NCBI GenBank assembly: GCA_951406725.2
Contig: OX597826.1
Coordinates: 70,184,001-70,248,000, forward strand
Origin: Octopus vulgaris
Lineage: Eukaryota
Direction of reading: 5' to 3'
DNA length: 64,000 bases
The notes beneath the pieces were generated by a model. That model saw only the letters and a program-made list of their open reading frames with translations, was not told the origin of the DNA and did no database searches. This document shows positions 39,765-53,435 of the stretch, piece by piece. Numbering within the stretch: the stretch's first letter is position 1; each line of letters begins with the position of its first letter. The translations under genes were made by a program, and so were the position numbers.

Positions 39765-40172
39765 GTTTCCGTCATTGGGCTACGGTTATTCTGGGGGCAC
39801 CGCCTTGAAGGGTTTTAGTGGAACAGATCAAACCTAGAACTTATGATTTTTTGTTTTTTGTTTTTTCAAAGAGGGATACATATTCTATCAGTCTCTTTTG
39901 TGGGACCGCTAAGTCACGGGTATCTAAACAAACCAACACCGATTGCGAAGCAGTGGAGAAATGTGTGACAACCCTACACATCCATATATATGAATATACG
40001 GACTTCCTTAAAATTTCTCTCCACCAAATTCATATACAAGTGATTGGTTGGCCCGAAGTAATAGTAGAAGGCACTTGTCCAAAGTGAGGCACAGTGGGAC
40101 TGAACTCAAAACCATGTGGTTGAAAAACGAAAAAAAATTAGCTTCTTAACCACACAGCCATACCTGCGCCTA
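39765..40172 (-). mobile_element. SINE family B, diverged full-length
   Basis: gtgggactgaactc..ttcttaaccacacagccatacctgcgcct head and gcaccgccttg tail. Confidence 0.78.
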
Positions 40173-40512
40173 TACGAAATTAGGAAATTCTTAATTCATT
40201 TATGAAATTATCTCCCCTTCTCCTTGAGCGTTGCTAACAATAACCGCAAGTACTTTGCTTACTTTCCCCCAAAAAAGCAGAACCTATCTACGAACTGAGA
40301 ATTCTTAGCATGTCAATCAAACACTTCACTGTTGAACCCTCGATATAACGTACAAAATAGTGGGAAGCCGTATTCATTAATATAGAAAGTCGGTTAAATC
40401 GAAGTCAGCTTGACTGTCCGATAATTTTTACTCTTTTCTTTTTTTCGCATGACTGAATTTTTTGATGACTGCAGCCACAGTACAGGATGTCCCCACCTTT
40501 TCCTATGTCTCC

Positions 40513-40549
40513 TGTTTCCGAAGAAGAGCTTTGCTCGAAACATAAAACA
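40513..40549 (+). ncRNA. Minimal hammerhead ribozyme-like motif (in element ~40490-40665, copy 4)
   Basis: tgttt-CCGAAGA-a-gagc(ttt)gctc-GAAAC-ata-aaaca. Downstream acgtcctcgcgttgttg is shared with copies 1 and 2. Confidence 0.6.
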
Positions 40550-41436
40550 ACCACTCTTTCTTGCCTTCTCTGGGCGTCTTCTTAATACTTTGCCTGTACA
40601 ACGTCCTCGCGTTGTTGTTGTTTTTTTCTTCTTGTCTTTTTCTCCGTTTTTTTAAATACTAATTATATATATATAATATGAGGGAATATTATTCCAAACT
40701 TACAGGGAAAAATTTTGCACATTACTTAATCATCGTTATATGTTTTATCTTATATTTAATCTTTCTATATGTAATTTTCTAGATGGTGTAATTTAATTTT
40801 TCATTATTGAATTGATAAAAGGTGGGGTTTTTTTTGTAAAAAATTAGATATAGACTGAAAACCACTCTAAATTAGGACTTAAAAAGCAGTGTTAGGTATC
40901 AATAATGATATTATGCTTAGCTTTAGAATAAATGTAATGCTTCAAAGATGGTCAGACGTTTCTCTGTATACGATCTTTCCAAACGAAATGAAAATGCGTT
41001 TCGTTTGAAAAGATCTTGTTGAGTGAAACATATGACCCTGTGTCCCGAATCACGTATTTTAATGTAATACATAAGCATGTGTATATACGTATATATGTAC
41101 ACCCACGTATTTAGCTATCTGTCTAGCTACCTACTTACCTATCCAGTCATACACACACACATGAACACTTTCACTATGGGCCATAAAATGTGCTGGTTTT
41201 ATAGGTCTTTTTTCATATGTTAGAGATGTAAGTACAGATCTCTCTCTCTCTGTATACGTGTGTGTTTTGCACATTTCTGTGTGTATGTGTGACCTGGTCT
41301 GTGAGTGTGTGTGTATAATTAAACGTTGTTCACATACATGCTGAGTGAGAAGGCTGAATAACGTACAACTGTGTATGTCAGCATGTGTCCACGTTCCTAC
41401 TGAAGACAAATCTGTGCGTGTATGTGCCTGTGTTTA

Positions 41437-41482
<46 letters not shown>

Positions 41483-42447
41483 CTCCGGTGTACTCGCAGA
41501 CGTGTGTATTGTGACCAACGTACACATATTGGATTTATGCATGGTTCTATGTGAGTGTGTGTGCGTGTGTGTGTATGTGTGTATGTCCACCTACATGCTC
41601 TAGGTGTGTGTGTGTGGGTGCAAGGTAAAATAAAAAAAGAAAAAGAAAAAAGAAAAAAAGAACGAGTTAATTGTATTGTGGAAGGAGAGTAAGGGGTAAG
41701 ACAGAAGAGACACGGAGAGAAGAGAAGGGATGTCAGAAAAGGGCGCTGAGCTATAAACCACCCACAGTTGACCTACTTCAGACTTTTACCATCCCGCTTC
41801 TCTCTCTCTGTCTGTCCGTCCGTCCGTCTGTATGTCTCTCTCTGTCCATCTCTTCCTCTCTCTCTTTCTGTCTGAGCCTCATTGCGCCTCTCTCCCCCCT
41901 ACACACACATATATATATACAGAGAGAGAGAGAGAGAGGGTGAAAGACAGAGAGAGAGAGTGAAAGAGAGACAGACAGAGAGAGTGAAAGAGAAACAGAC
42001 AGACAGACAGAGAGTGAAAGAGAGAGACAGACAGATAGTGTGTGTCTATAAATTTATTCTCTCTCTCTCACACATAGTTACCGTTTGAGGAGGACCGTAA
42101 AATGAATGGCGTTCCAGACATGACCATCCTATAAGCTTAGTGCATCTTAGAACTAAGCTAATTTGTCTAATGTACCCCTTCTGTGTTTTTTGTTTTGTTT
42201 GCTTATTTTTTTTCTCTTTTTAACATTCGATTATTTTTTAGGGAAATTTGGCAGCTATTTCTAGTATTTTGGTTGGTAACTGCATGGAAGCTTTCTTGAT
42301 GGGTCGGTCTATGGCGTGTATACGTGAATACTACGTTCAATATGTTTATGAATGTGTGTGCGTATGTGAACGTTGCTATAAGTGTGTGTGTGTGTGTGTG
42401 TGCCAGCGTCCTAACGCGCGCGCTGTGCGAGTCTTTTCCCTCTCCTA

Positions 42448-42722
42448 CACTCTCTATCTCTCTCCCTCTTTCCATTCCTCTCTATCTCTCTCCCTCTTTC
42501 CATTCCTCTCTATCTCTCTCCCTCTTTCCATTCCTCTCTATCTCTCTCCCTCTTTCTATTCCTCTCTATCGCTCTCCACCTCTTTCTTTTACTGTTTCCT
42601 GCTCACTCTCTCTCTCTCTCTCTTCATTCATTCTAGCACTTCTCTCTCTCTCTCTTTTCATTCATTCTAGCACTTCTCTCTCTCTCTCTTTTCATTCATT
42701 CTAGCACTTCTCTCTCTCTCTC
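42448..42722. repeat. Two CT-rich minisatellites (~28-bp unit x4; ~33-bp unit x3)
   Basis: Repeats of ctctctatctctctccctctttccattc, then of ttcattcattctagcacttctctctctctc. Confidence 0.85.
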
Positions 42723-43012
42723 TGTCTCCGTAATTCTCCCTACTTCTCTCTACTTCTTTCCTGCCACTCCCCCTCTTTCCTCCTCTATGTCCCTTTCCAC
42801 AACCATTTCTTTCTCCTTTTTTAACGTCTCTCCTCTTTTCCTTTCTCTCTGTATTCTCTCTTCCCGTTTCTTTCTCCTTCCACCGGCCACAAGGTGTAAC
42901 ACCATTTTAATAAGTATACACATACACACACAGTACACACACACGCACATACACACTGTCATAGAGGTGCCCATGTACACACTGATTGACACATATGTAG
43001 ACAATTTCTCTC

Positions 43013-43050
<38 letters not shown>

Positions 43051-43252
43051 GTCTCTTTCTCACACTCACTCACAGACACACACACTCATAGACACACACA
43101 TATAACACATGCTCACTCAGACACACAAACACACAACATGCGTACACACAACAGACACACACATACTCACACACAACAGACACACACATACTCACACACA
43201 CACACAGACGAACCAAAATGTTTTGACACATACTCTCCTCATAGGTCAAGTC

Positions 43253-43297
<45 letters not shown>

Positions 43298-43435
43298 CAG
43301 ACTTATAATAGACGTCTATTTAGATAGGCTGGTATGTAGATAGATGGGTAAATAGGTAGATACTACAGGTACACACATACTGGTAAACTTAGCTCACTGA
43401 ACTCACACACACACACATTCACAAATACATACATT

Positions 43436-43473
<38 letters not shown>

Positions 43474-44535
43474 CACACACATATACACACATGGTACAGA
43501 CATATCCGTACGCAGAACAGGACACACAGACAGACGCATATAAGGTAGAGGGAGCTGCTGGTGTTTCAGTCACCGGCCAAAAGCAAACTCAAGGTATTCC
43601 ACGCAAGAGAATAAGGTCACACACACATACACACACATTCTTAGTCCCATATAGGCAACTACGTAGGTGCCTGTATACATACATACATACATACGCATAC
43701 ACACAGTTGATTGTACACGCAGCTACGTTCACATATATACTCGACCATTCACAAAAAGACACACAAATCGGCCATCATGAAAACCTTCGTGCAGTTACCC
43801 TTCTACTAGAAATAACAGTCAAATCTCTCTCAAAAATCACATGTTAAACAAAAAACACAAATTAGCTTAGAATTAGGTGCACAAAACTGAGATGGTCATG
43901 TTAGGAAAGCCTTCTATTTATAGTTCTTAATCAGAGATGACAGCAGGTACACTTGTTCTTCATGTCAAGATGACCATCCTTATTCTTTTCCTCTCCAGAT
44001 GGCCACCCTATGGAAATCCCTTTGTCCTGTCCTTTCCAGATGGACACCGCTTAGAAACCAAATTTGTTCTTGACTTTCTTTCCCCAGATGGCAATCCTTT
44101 GAAATCCCTTCGTTACAGAACCCCAATAATATGGGTGAGGAATCCTAGTTCCTCAGCCCTCCCCTTCCTATGACAAACACTACAACATCCCCAGTTATTT
44201 CGGTATTATTTGCCCTCCTCAGTGAACAATTTCCCAGTGACCTTATTATCAAAACTGCATCCCAGAGACAAGGATTTTTTTCTCAATAGCAAAAGAAAAA
44301 CAAAAAAATAATCCAAATGTGAAATGCAGTCCAATCTGGAACTCTTCAGAGCCTAACCAGCTACTGTCTACCTTTAAAGCTCAAATGTGGCCCATGTTGT
44401 TCAGATACTTCAGGACCTTAAAATACTTCATTTCTGTTCAGTTGCTGACTCAGTACAAAATTTTAAAGTGTTGGGATATTACTAGCATGTCTGGCATAGA
44501 ACTGATGTTCTTGCTGCTGCTGCTGCTGCTGCTGC

Positions 44536-44555
<20 letters not shown>

Positions 44556-44572
<17 letters not shown>

Positions 44573-44765
44573 AAGGGACAAGACGGGTAAGGGTGATTAG
44601 GTGATGGTCTAGGGCTTAGGGGCGGGAGACCCCAGACCTTGGGAAAAAAATACTTTGGTCGGCTCTTCGTTGACGCCCGACACCACTGGGCGGTGACCCT
44701 CGAAGTCTCTGGAAATGGAGATCTCTAGGTCCAAATTCTTGGACGGCTGCTGTTGCTGCTGCTAC
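44556..44765 (-). repeat. Dispersed CAG/AAC-bounded element, copy 2
   Basis: Reverse complement of 4285-4506. Confidence 0.85.
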
Positions 44766-44977
44766 ACATACAAATGTCTTAGAGACATCATCATCATATA
44801 ACGTCCACTTTTCTTTGCTTGCACTAGTCCCAGGGAATTTGTAGAAGCAGAGTTTCTATAGCTGGATGCCGTTTTAGCTGCCAAACTCACACCAGTTTCT
44901 AAGCAAGATAACATATTTGTATATATTACCCACCAACGCGGTGTTGAGCACTAATTTTCATCGTTCGATATTTACGT

Positions 44978-45110
44978 ATACCGTAAATCCTCGAGTATAG
45001 TCCGCCCTTGAGTATAACGCAGGGGATTTTTAAGGGGCTGTACCTCTGAAAAACCTAAACCTTGTGTATAATACGCACCACTTCTGTAACTTGAGTCAAG
45101 GAGGGCTATA
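44978..45110 (+). mobile_element. pogo/Tc2-like DNA transposon end
   Basis: TA|ccgtaaatcctcgagtatagtccgc with repeated gtataa.acgca subterminal motifs. No partner end was seen. Confidence 0.5.
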
Positions 45111-45317
45111 TAACGTCCTTGGTTTGTAAAAATGTATAAGGTAACGTCCTTTATTATTATTGCATACATAACATCATGCAAACGTGTAGCTTTTTTGTGC
45201 ATTTTGTTTGCAGAAAATAAAGAAATAACAGTAATAACGTTTAATAAATGTTGCTTACTGCAAGTTATGGATGATTCTTTTATGACTTCATTGCTTTCAG
45301 GTTTAGCTTAAGGTATT

Positions 45318-45795
45318 TTCGGGGTCGATTAAATAACTACCAGTTATGCACCGGGGCCGATATAATCGACTTAATCCGTTTGTCTGTCCTGTCCTTGTTT
45401 GTCCCCTCTGTGTTTAGCCCCTTGTGGGTAGTAAAGAAATAGGTATTTCGTCCGTCTTTACGTTCTGAGTTCAAATTCCCCCGAGGTCGGCTTTGCCTTT
45501 CATCCTTTCGGGGTCGATAAATTAAGTACCAGTTACGCACTGGGGTCGATGTAATCGACTTAATCCGTTTGCCTGTCCTTGTTTGTCCTCTCTGTGTTTA
45601 GCCCCTTGTGGGTAGTAAAGAAATAGGTATTTAGTCTGTCTTTATGTTGAGTTCAAATTCCCCCGAGGTCGACTTTGCATTTCATCCTTTCGGGGTCGAT
45701 AAACTAAGTACCAGTTGCGTACTGAGGTCTTTTTAATTGACTAGTCTCACTTCCCCAAAGATTTCGGGCCTTATGCCTAGAGTAGAAAAGAATAT
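45318..45795 (+). mobile_element. SINE family A trimer (tail 1, tail 1, tail 2)
   Basis: Junctions gaaata-gg-tattt at 45436 and 45620. The last unit ends gggccttatgcctagagtagaaaagaata. Confidence 0.9.
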
Positions 45796-45818
45796 ATTAT
45801 CTATTTCTCTCTCTCTCT

Positions 45819-45876
<58 letters not shown>

Positions 45877-45973
45877 CGGGAAGCTTTATGAAAATAGACA
45901 AAAGACGAAGGCAGGTGGGAAACAAACAAACAATTGTATTAGTATGGCGCTCAGGAAATATAAATAAAACAAG

Positions 45974-46011
45974 TCTTTAACGTTTCGAGCCTACGCTCTT
46001 CAACAGAAAGA
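45974..46011 (-). ncRNA. Minimal hammerhead ribozyme-like motif (in element ~45875-46085, copy 5)
   Basis: tcttt-CTGTTGA-a-gagc(gtag)gctc-GAAAC-gtt-aaaga. A6U variant. Downstream ttcctgagcg is shared with copies 1 and 2, and the element's 3' end abuts (TA)n. Confidence 0.58.
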
Positions 46012-46799
46012 TACACAGAGAGGAAAAAAACACAGAAGGAAGGAGAGAGAAAAAATGCGTGCAGTAACTAACGAATCAACATGGCGATACTAAGTAATTA
46101 AGGGTTTAGCAACGATTTGCCTCACCACACACCGAATTTAGAAATAGCAGTCAAAGAGTAATGGCTATTCTTTCTACTTAAAAGGAAGATCCCAGTAAAA
46201 CCACAGCACTTATACAAACACAAGTATACACATATATGAATATGTGTGTAAATACACACACACACACACGTGTGTGTAACATGCTCTGAACTGCAGCAAA
46301 TTGTTGGAACTCAGATATTAAAATAAAGTTCAGTGAACCATAATGCAAACAAATCCAAAGCAAATGTCACACACAGCCTGATGGCAGATCAGTGTATAGA
46401 GCAGTGTGTATACAGTGTATATAATAGCAATACAAGCGGGCAATCAAAACACTTTACTCCTTGCCTTTCGTATACACACACACATGTCCATGCCTAGATA
46501 TCGTGTTCTGCTGATGCTATGGACAATGTTTAAAATATCAACATATACAGCGTATATTTGTGTTTGTGTGTGTGAGTGTACATATACAAGTACATTTGAC
46601 TGTATAATATTGTCTGTATTTACACATAGGTGCGCGCGTTAGATATGGGTGTGTACGCGGGGTGTATGAGCATGTGCGTACATACAAATGAACCTCGCGT
46701 GTCCGTATGTACGTATGTATATATGTGTGTGTGATTGTAAGTGCAGATTTATACATGTAAACATATACATGCGTATATATGTACGTATATATGTATCTA

Positions 46800-46839
<40 letters not shown>

Positions 46840-47016
46840 AATGTGTGTGTCCATTTGTATATTTAAGCACACGTTCATATAGATTAATGACTCAGATATT
46901 TTGATGATGGATGACATTATAAGCAGTATATATGTGTATAAAAATGTGTGTGTGTATGTATGTATGTCCATATGTATACGTATGCATACATATGGACATA
47001 TATATAAATATGTATG

Positions 47017-47139
<123 letters not shown>

Positions 47140-47637
47140 ATGTATGTATGTATATGTATATATATGTGTGTATATATATGTACATATATGTACGTATATA
47201 TATATATATGCATCTATGTATATATATGTGTGTGTATGTACATATATGTATGTTTATATATGTATCTGTGTGCATATATATACGGATATGCTTGTCTATA
47301 TGCATTTGTGTGTGTGTGTGAGTGTGTAACTGATATAGAGAGAGAGCAGAGATAGGCAGCCATAGCCACATCAATGTGACTAACAACCCAACAGCCTCCC
47401 ACTTCGACCACCCAACACCCACCGTGTTCTGTAATACAAGTTATTCTTTGTAAATTATCCTGTTTGTTGAGATAACCCATCTCTCCTTTGAATTGTGTAC
47501 TGAGCTATGAGGTATTTGAACATGTTTGCGTGTGCCTATATACATGTATATATATATATTATATATGCATGTATATATACATGTAGATGTCGGTACGTAC
47601 ATATATGTTTGTATGTATGCATATATTTTATTTATTA

Positions 47638-47678
<41 letters not shown>

Positions 47679-47814
47679 TAGATAGATAGATAGATATAGA
47701 TATATATATGATTTGTGTGTGTGTGTTTGCATATGTCTTTGTAGGGTGAGAGAGAAACAGAGAGAGAGAGGTAGATAAAGACAAAGATAGACTGGGAAGT
47801 CAGTGGCCAGCGAG

Positions 47815-47857
47815 ATAGATAGATAGACAGATAGACAGATAGATAGATAGATAGAAT

Positions 47858-47939
<82 letters not shown>

Positions 47940-47955
47940 ATGATAGATAGATAGA
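47815..47955. repeat. (GATA)n microsatellite
   Basis: Directly visible. Confidence 0.95.
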
Positions 47956-48974
47956 ATGATAGGCAGACAGATGGATAGATATATAGAAGGTAAAAGACAG
48001 AGTGATTATAAATCTATTACATGTTGGATAATTGGATCAAATTTGATAGACTTGCTCACCTACTTGTCCCACACAAGCAACAACAATAATAATAATAGTA
48101 ATAATAATAATAATAATAATAATATTAATGCTGTGGAGGATGGTGATTTAGTCAAAACATAAATCACTTCCTCTCCTTAAGGCTGTTACTCTGGTGCCAG
48201 GAAAGAGCATAAAATTTCACTGATTTCTGTAAAAGTGCTTTGCAATTCTTCAGCCGAACACCAGCACCAAATTGTGAACTAATTAACTAACTGAATAACT
48301 AGTTCTATCATTTTGTATACATAGATATGGTTAACCTTAACCCTGACCCAATAGAATTTGGACTGGAGGCTTGTTCTTGTTCCTTATGGTTAAATGAATA
48401 CAAGTTAATGTCTATACATGTATATAATATGCCTTCGTTTATTTATACACACATACGTGTATATATAGTTACATGTGAATAAACTGCAATCTTAGCCACT
48501 ACTGCTGATTTCCGTGTCTGGATTATTGCTTTGTGCTGGGTGGGGATGTTAAACTCCCCTGTTCGAAAATATAAGGACACTGATAATGTGCCCGTATAGC
48601 CAGCTGGAGACAATGTTTCCTGGGGTTAAATAACAGTAACATTCATCTCAGCTGGGACTGCAACATTATGTTGGCAAATAGTTTTTACCTTAGAGTATTG
48701 TTACTGAATGCCTCTCGAGATATTTGGGAATAATAATGCTTCTATTTATATATGTTCACAAGTGTGAACAAGAGAGATAATGCAAGGTAGACACAAAGAA
48801 AATGCCACTTATATTTGAACACTATACAAATATTCCTTTAAAAAAAACATTTCTTTTAATTTTTCTAAATTTAATTATTTAATCGTTACAGTTGAAAAGG
48901 TCTCAAAATGACTGAAACCGGTACTGAAATGTTCTTTATAAAATTATTTTAGCATTTTCTATTTTGACTTATTT

Positions 48975-49022
<48 letters not shown>

Positions 49023-49592
49023 GAGGTTATAAGAGATAAAGGTGTCATTGAGACTCAAAGGGAATGACCAACTTTAAGAGAATCTTACATTGCTTATAAA
49101 CTCTACATCTGGATGGACTCATATTAAACTCTGTTGGACTTTTGGATTTTACTCAAAGGATATTGGAATATTACACGTATATACCACTATGCCTATAAAA
49201 CGGATTTACGAATTCAATACCCATACATATCTTACATCTATTTTCTTTCCTCCACCTCACTCTCTATTTCTATCACACCGAAACTAACTATGATTTAATT
49301 TTTCCTCTCACACCGTCTCCAAGGAAGGGGTATTATTAATTAATATCCCCCCCTCATAAGAATTAATCCAGGGTAGAGGAGTTTCTTTTCTTTACCATCA
49401 TGGGACAACATCTCTTGTGTCTGTGGTATAACAACATCCATGCATCACACTCAATGGAGTGGTCGGTCATCGGAAAGGCATTCAGTTAAAGAAACCAATT
49501 CAATACAACCTAACAAAGCACAGGCTCCAAGGTGTATCAACCCTATGTATATAATACCCATTTAGTGGGTACCTATATCATGAAATGATATA

Positions 49593-49919
49593 GTGAAGGT
49601 GTGTGGCTTAGTGGTTAGGGCATTCGGCTCGCGATTGTAAGGTCGTGAGTTCAATTCCTGGTGACATGTTGTGTCCTTGAGCAAGACACTTTATTTCACG
49701 TTGCTCCAGTCCACTCAACTGGCAAAATTAAGTAGTACCTGTATTTCAAAGGGCCAGCCTTGTCACACTCTGTGTCACACTGAATCTCCCTGGGCACTAT
49801 GTTAGGAGTACACGTGTCTGCGGATTGCTCAGTCACTTGCACGTTAATTCCACGAGCAAGCTGTTCCGTTGATCGTATCAGCTGGGACCCTCATCGTCGT
49901 AACCGATGGAGTGCTCCTT
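49593..49919 (+). mobile_element. tRNA-derived SINE family D (alternative tail) with a 15-bp TSD
   Basis: A box TGGCTTAGTGG, B box AGTTCAATTCC, body gtgtccttgagcaagacacttt. tatatcatgaaatga at 49574-49588 and 49920-49934. Confidence 0.9.
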
Positions 49920-50500
49920 TATATCATGAAATGACAATAACAACAAGAAAGATATGCGGAGTTATTAATCTTCATCGTGTAACCATATCTTTACTCTTTC
50001 TGACATCGGTGCCCCAGCATGGCCATAGCTCATGAGCTGAAACTAGATGAAAATGAAAATGAATAAAATGCCCTTAGTTTGCACTGTGAACCAAATACAG
50101 CAACAGATTTCATCAAAGCAGGTTGTAGTATTCTGTTCTTGTAATGTACTACGGAAAAACTGCTGTGTCAAGTGACCAACTCCTGTTCAATCCAAGAGAG
50201 GAAAAAAAGCAAAAAAAAAATCCATTAAATAAAGATGATAGTGTTGATATCTGTACTTACTTGTCATTAAGTAATTCCTTTTATGGTTATGGCTTTATTA
50301 GTAGGGCAAGAAGAGGAAGAAGAAGCAGGGTGGTTAATGAGATAGATTGATTTATGATCAGCCAACAGGTGTCGATTGCAATCAAGCGTTATGAAAGTAC
50401 TCAACACTTGTTAGATAGAGTCAACTAATATTATTTATTCATAGGTAACTGTGTCTGTGAATTGCTCACTCAGTTTGAAGTTTCTAGTCCTTAAGCTCAC

Positions 50501-50535
<35 letters not shown>

Positions 50536-50639
50536 CACACAAACACGCACTCTTTCTTTTGCTTGCTTTTTTTAACCATCACGTTGAGGCCATCCTAAAG
50601 CACTGTTGGTGTGTTTGAGTATGTGTGTATATATATATC

Positions 50640-50800
50640 ATCATTATCATCATCATCATCATCATCGTTTAACGTCCGATTGACTGAGGGCTGGCAAACC
50701 AGATGGCTGCACCAGACTCCAATCTTGATCTGGCAGAGTTTCTACAGCTGGATGCCCTTCCTAACGCCAACCACTCTGAGAGTGTAGTGGGTGCTTTTAT
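50640..50800 (-). mobile_element. RTE-associated short element family E, 3' part
   Basis: catcatcgtttaacgtcc..gtttctacagctggatgcccttcctaacgccaacc, homologous to 58560-59030 and ~44787-44890. (GAT)n tail on the minus strand. Confidence 0.75.
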
Positions 50801-51044
50801 GGTGACCTGAGAGAATGGCAAAAGTGTTGCTCAAGCTTTTGTTTCTTAAGACCCAAAGACATACAGATGTCACAGTATTCATTTCATTCTTTAATTCGTT
50901 CTGTAGTTTTTTTTATAAAGTCCTATGGTAAAGGATGTGCCACATTGATACACAAGCAAAAGCCACATTGATACACAAGCAAGGATTGAAATAAATCAGA
51001 ACAAAAAGTCTGAATTTGAAATGGCTATCGTGTGTGTGGTTGGC

Positions 51045-51415
51045 TGGCTTCTTTCAGTTTGTCTCCAAATCCGCTTACAAGGTTTTTTTGTTGGCCCAGG
51101 GCTATAGTTTACCCCTTTCATTACCATATTTATTTTTAAATGCATTGTGTTTCTTTCAGTTAATTTTAAACATAACAAAGAATTTAGTAAAATAACTTAG
51201 TTATCATTAAGCTAGTGTTAGGAACATAAATTGTGACTAAGGTTTTGTGAAAGATTTCAATTCAAAAACAAGGCATTTGTACTATAGAACCAGAGACGGT
51301 TTCAGCCAGGTTGGTATCAAAAGGGTTAAGACACCTGCCCAAGGTGCTTACATAGTGTGAGTGAACCAAAGCCATGTGGTTTGAAAGCAGACTCCTTATC
51401 TTAGAAGACCATGCC
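51045..51415 (-). mobile_element. SINE family B head region split by a MITE
   Basis: ggctatag|..|gacacctgcccaagg rejoins into the family-B sequence when 51109-51325 is removed. Confidence 0.78.
51113..51325. mobile_element. piggyBac-like MITE
   Basis: TIRs ccctttcattacc / ggtatcaaaaggg, flanked by ttac (degraded) and ttaa. Confidence 0.72.
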
Positions 51416-51433
51416 TGTACTTGTGCATACGTA

Positions 51434-51478
<45 letters not shown>

Positions 51479-51941
51479 ATATGTATGTATGTGCAATCAA
51501 TATTTTTAATTATTTATGTCTGAAAGCAGTGAAGAAAATCCCTAGTGATTTTTCAGTTGCTTAAAATTGTGCTTTCCATTCTTTTCTATAGTTGATACAA
51601 TAAAAGCACTAATTGCCGTTGGGAGTTGATTTCATCAACTCTACCCACCCACAATATATGTGCAGCCATGTAATTATTGTTGAAAATCAATATTATCTCT
51701 ATATTTATTTTCCCACTATGTTAGCTAGGATTGGGTGTATCATTATCATCACCATTGTTCGTATTTCTATGTCAGCTTTTTCAAGCTAGCATAGATTGTT
51801 TGGATCATCAAAATCCAAGCGCGTTTTCATTCTGAATCGGATGCTGCTTTTCCTAAACATGTCTAAGGGCCACATCTCTCTTGCTTGCATGTTCCATTTC
51901 GTTTATTCATCCTTTTCTTGTTTCGAGTCATTGCACTGTGC

Positions 51942-52043
51942 CCATGCTGGAGCACCACCCATGCTAGAGCACCATCCGTGCTGGAGCACCAACCGTGCTG
52001 GAGCACCACCCATGATTGAGCACCACCCATGCTGGAGCACCAC
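51942..52043. repeat. 17-bp x6 minisatellite expanded from a SINE B tail
   Basis: Units of ccatgctggagcaccac start at 51942, 51959, 51976, 51993, 52010 and 52027. Confidence 0.92.
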
Positions 52044-52161
52044 CTTGAATGGTTTCATTCGAAGGAATCAAACCTGGTTACTTATTTTCCCCACCCGAGT
52101 CTGATATTTTAGTTGTTTAGCAAAAAAAAAAAAAAAGAAACTATAAGAAATCTATATATAT

Positions 52162-52600
52162 AGATCCCCTTCAGTCATGAGTAACCATGGGATTGCACCT
52201 AGAAAGTTCCTTCTCTGGGGCATAAGTCCGGTCAAGGTTGTTTATGGAAGACCAGCAGTCACTCATGCATACCAGCCTCCTCTCCCTACGCCACCGATGT
52301 TATCCAAGGGAAAGGCAAAGGCCAGTGACATTGCAGCTCATTACTACAGCTGAGTGAAGTGGAGCAACGTGAAATAAAGTGTCTTGCTCAAGAACATCAA
52401 CACACAGCCCAGACATGTATGTGTGTGATGGACTTCCACACAGTTTCTGTCTACCAAATTTACTCGCAATGCATTGGTCGGCCCAGGGCTGTAGTAGAAG
52501 ATGCCTTCCCAAAGAGCCCCTGAGTGGGATTGAACCGGATACCACATATTTCCAAGGTGACCTGCTTTCTTGTCTGGAAACATCCTATATAGGTGTAGGC
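52162..52600 (-). mobile_element. SINE D 3' part adjacent to a SINE B 5' part
   Basis: agatccccttcagtcatg..gtgtcttgctcaagaaca, then cagtttctgtctaccaaat..gtgggattgaacc. Confidence 0.8.
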
Positions 52601-52902
52601 AGTGTGTGTGTGTGTGTGTGTGTAAAAGGGGGGTGGAAGGGCAGATAATTATTATCATTACCACCAGGTAGCTGTTATCCCGATGTCTGGTAATCATGTC
52701 CTTTGAACGAAGTGCTTTATAAGGCAGGGGGCATGTTTAGTCCTTGGTTGGTCCTATACTGTGCTTCCCGGCAATCTGTCCATGCCCAGCACCTCTGCCT
52801 CTGGACTAACATCTGTTTTGGTAGATAGGTCAGTAGAGAGATAAAAAGAGATGCACGTAGAAGGACAGATACAAATTGAGAGAGAAGACGAGGTAGTCTG
52901 TA

Positions 52903-52935
<33 letters not shown>

Positions 52936-53228
52936 TGTTCAGGTTGTGCTTGGTTAACCATAACCTACTAATTGGCTGTTTTATTCATGGCACGATGAGT
53001 TAACCAGATCAGAAGGAAAAGGTCACCATCATCATCATCATCATCATCACTATCACCATCGTCATCATCACCATCACTACCATCATTTTCATCATCATCA
53101 TCATCATCGTCACCATCATCATGTTCCTCATTGTCCTCATTACCACTATCTTCATCATCATCATCATCATCACTATCATCATCGTCATAACCATCATCAT
53201 GTTCATCATTGTCCTCATTGCCATAATC

Positions 53229-53262
<34 letters not shown>

Positions 53263-53435
53263 CTACCATCATCGTTCTTACTGTCATTAGTATTGCCATC
53301 GCAATTATTATCCTATAAAGCAATCATAATAATTATAATCTTGTATTTAAGGAGATTTCTTTATGAGTTCTTAAGACAACATGAATACATCAACATTAAG
53401 TATAGACCTGTGTGTGTGTGTGTATTCTTATATTC

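Noticed and set aside
41730-41800. TATA-like ctataaa in a unique stretch
   Set aside because: No downstream exon or ORF, and the motif is common in AT-rich DNA.
48330-48350. Telomere-like taaccttaaccctgaccc
   Set aside because: Only two or three degenerate units; not an interstitial telomeric array.
50939-50982. 23-bp tandem duplication gccacattgatacacaagcaa
   Set aside because: Ordinary local slippage duplication.
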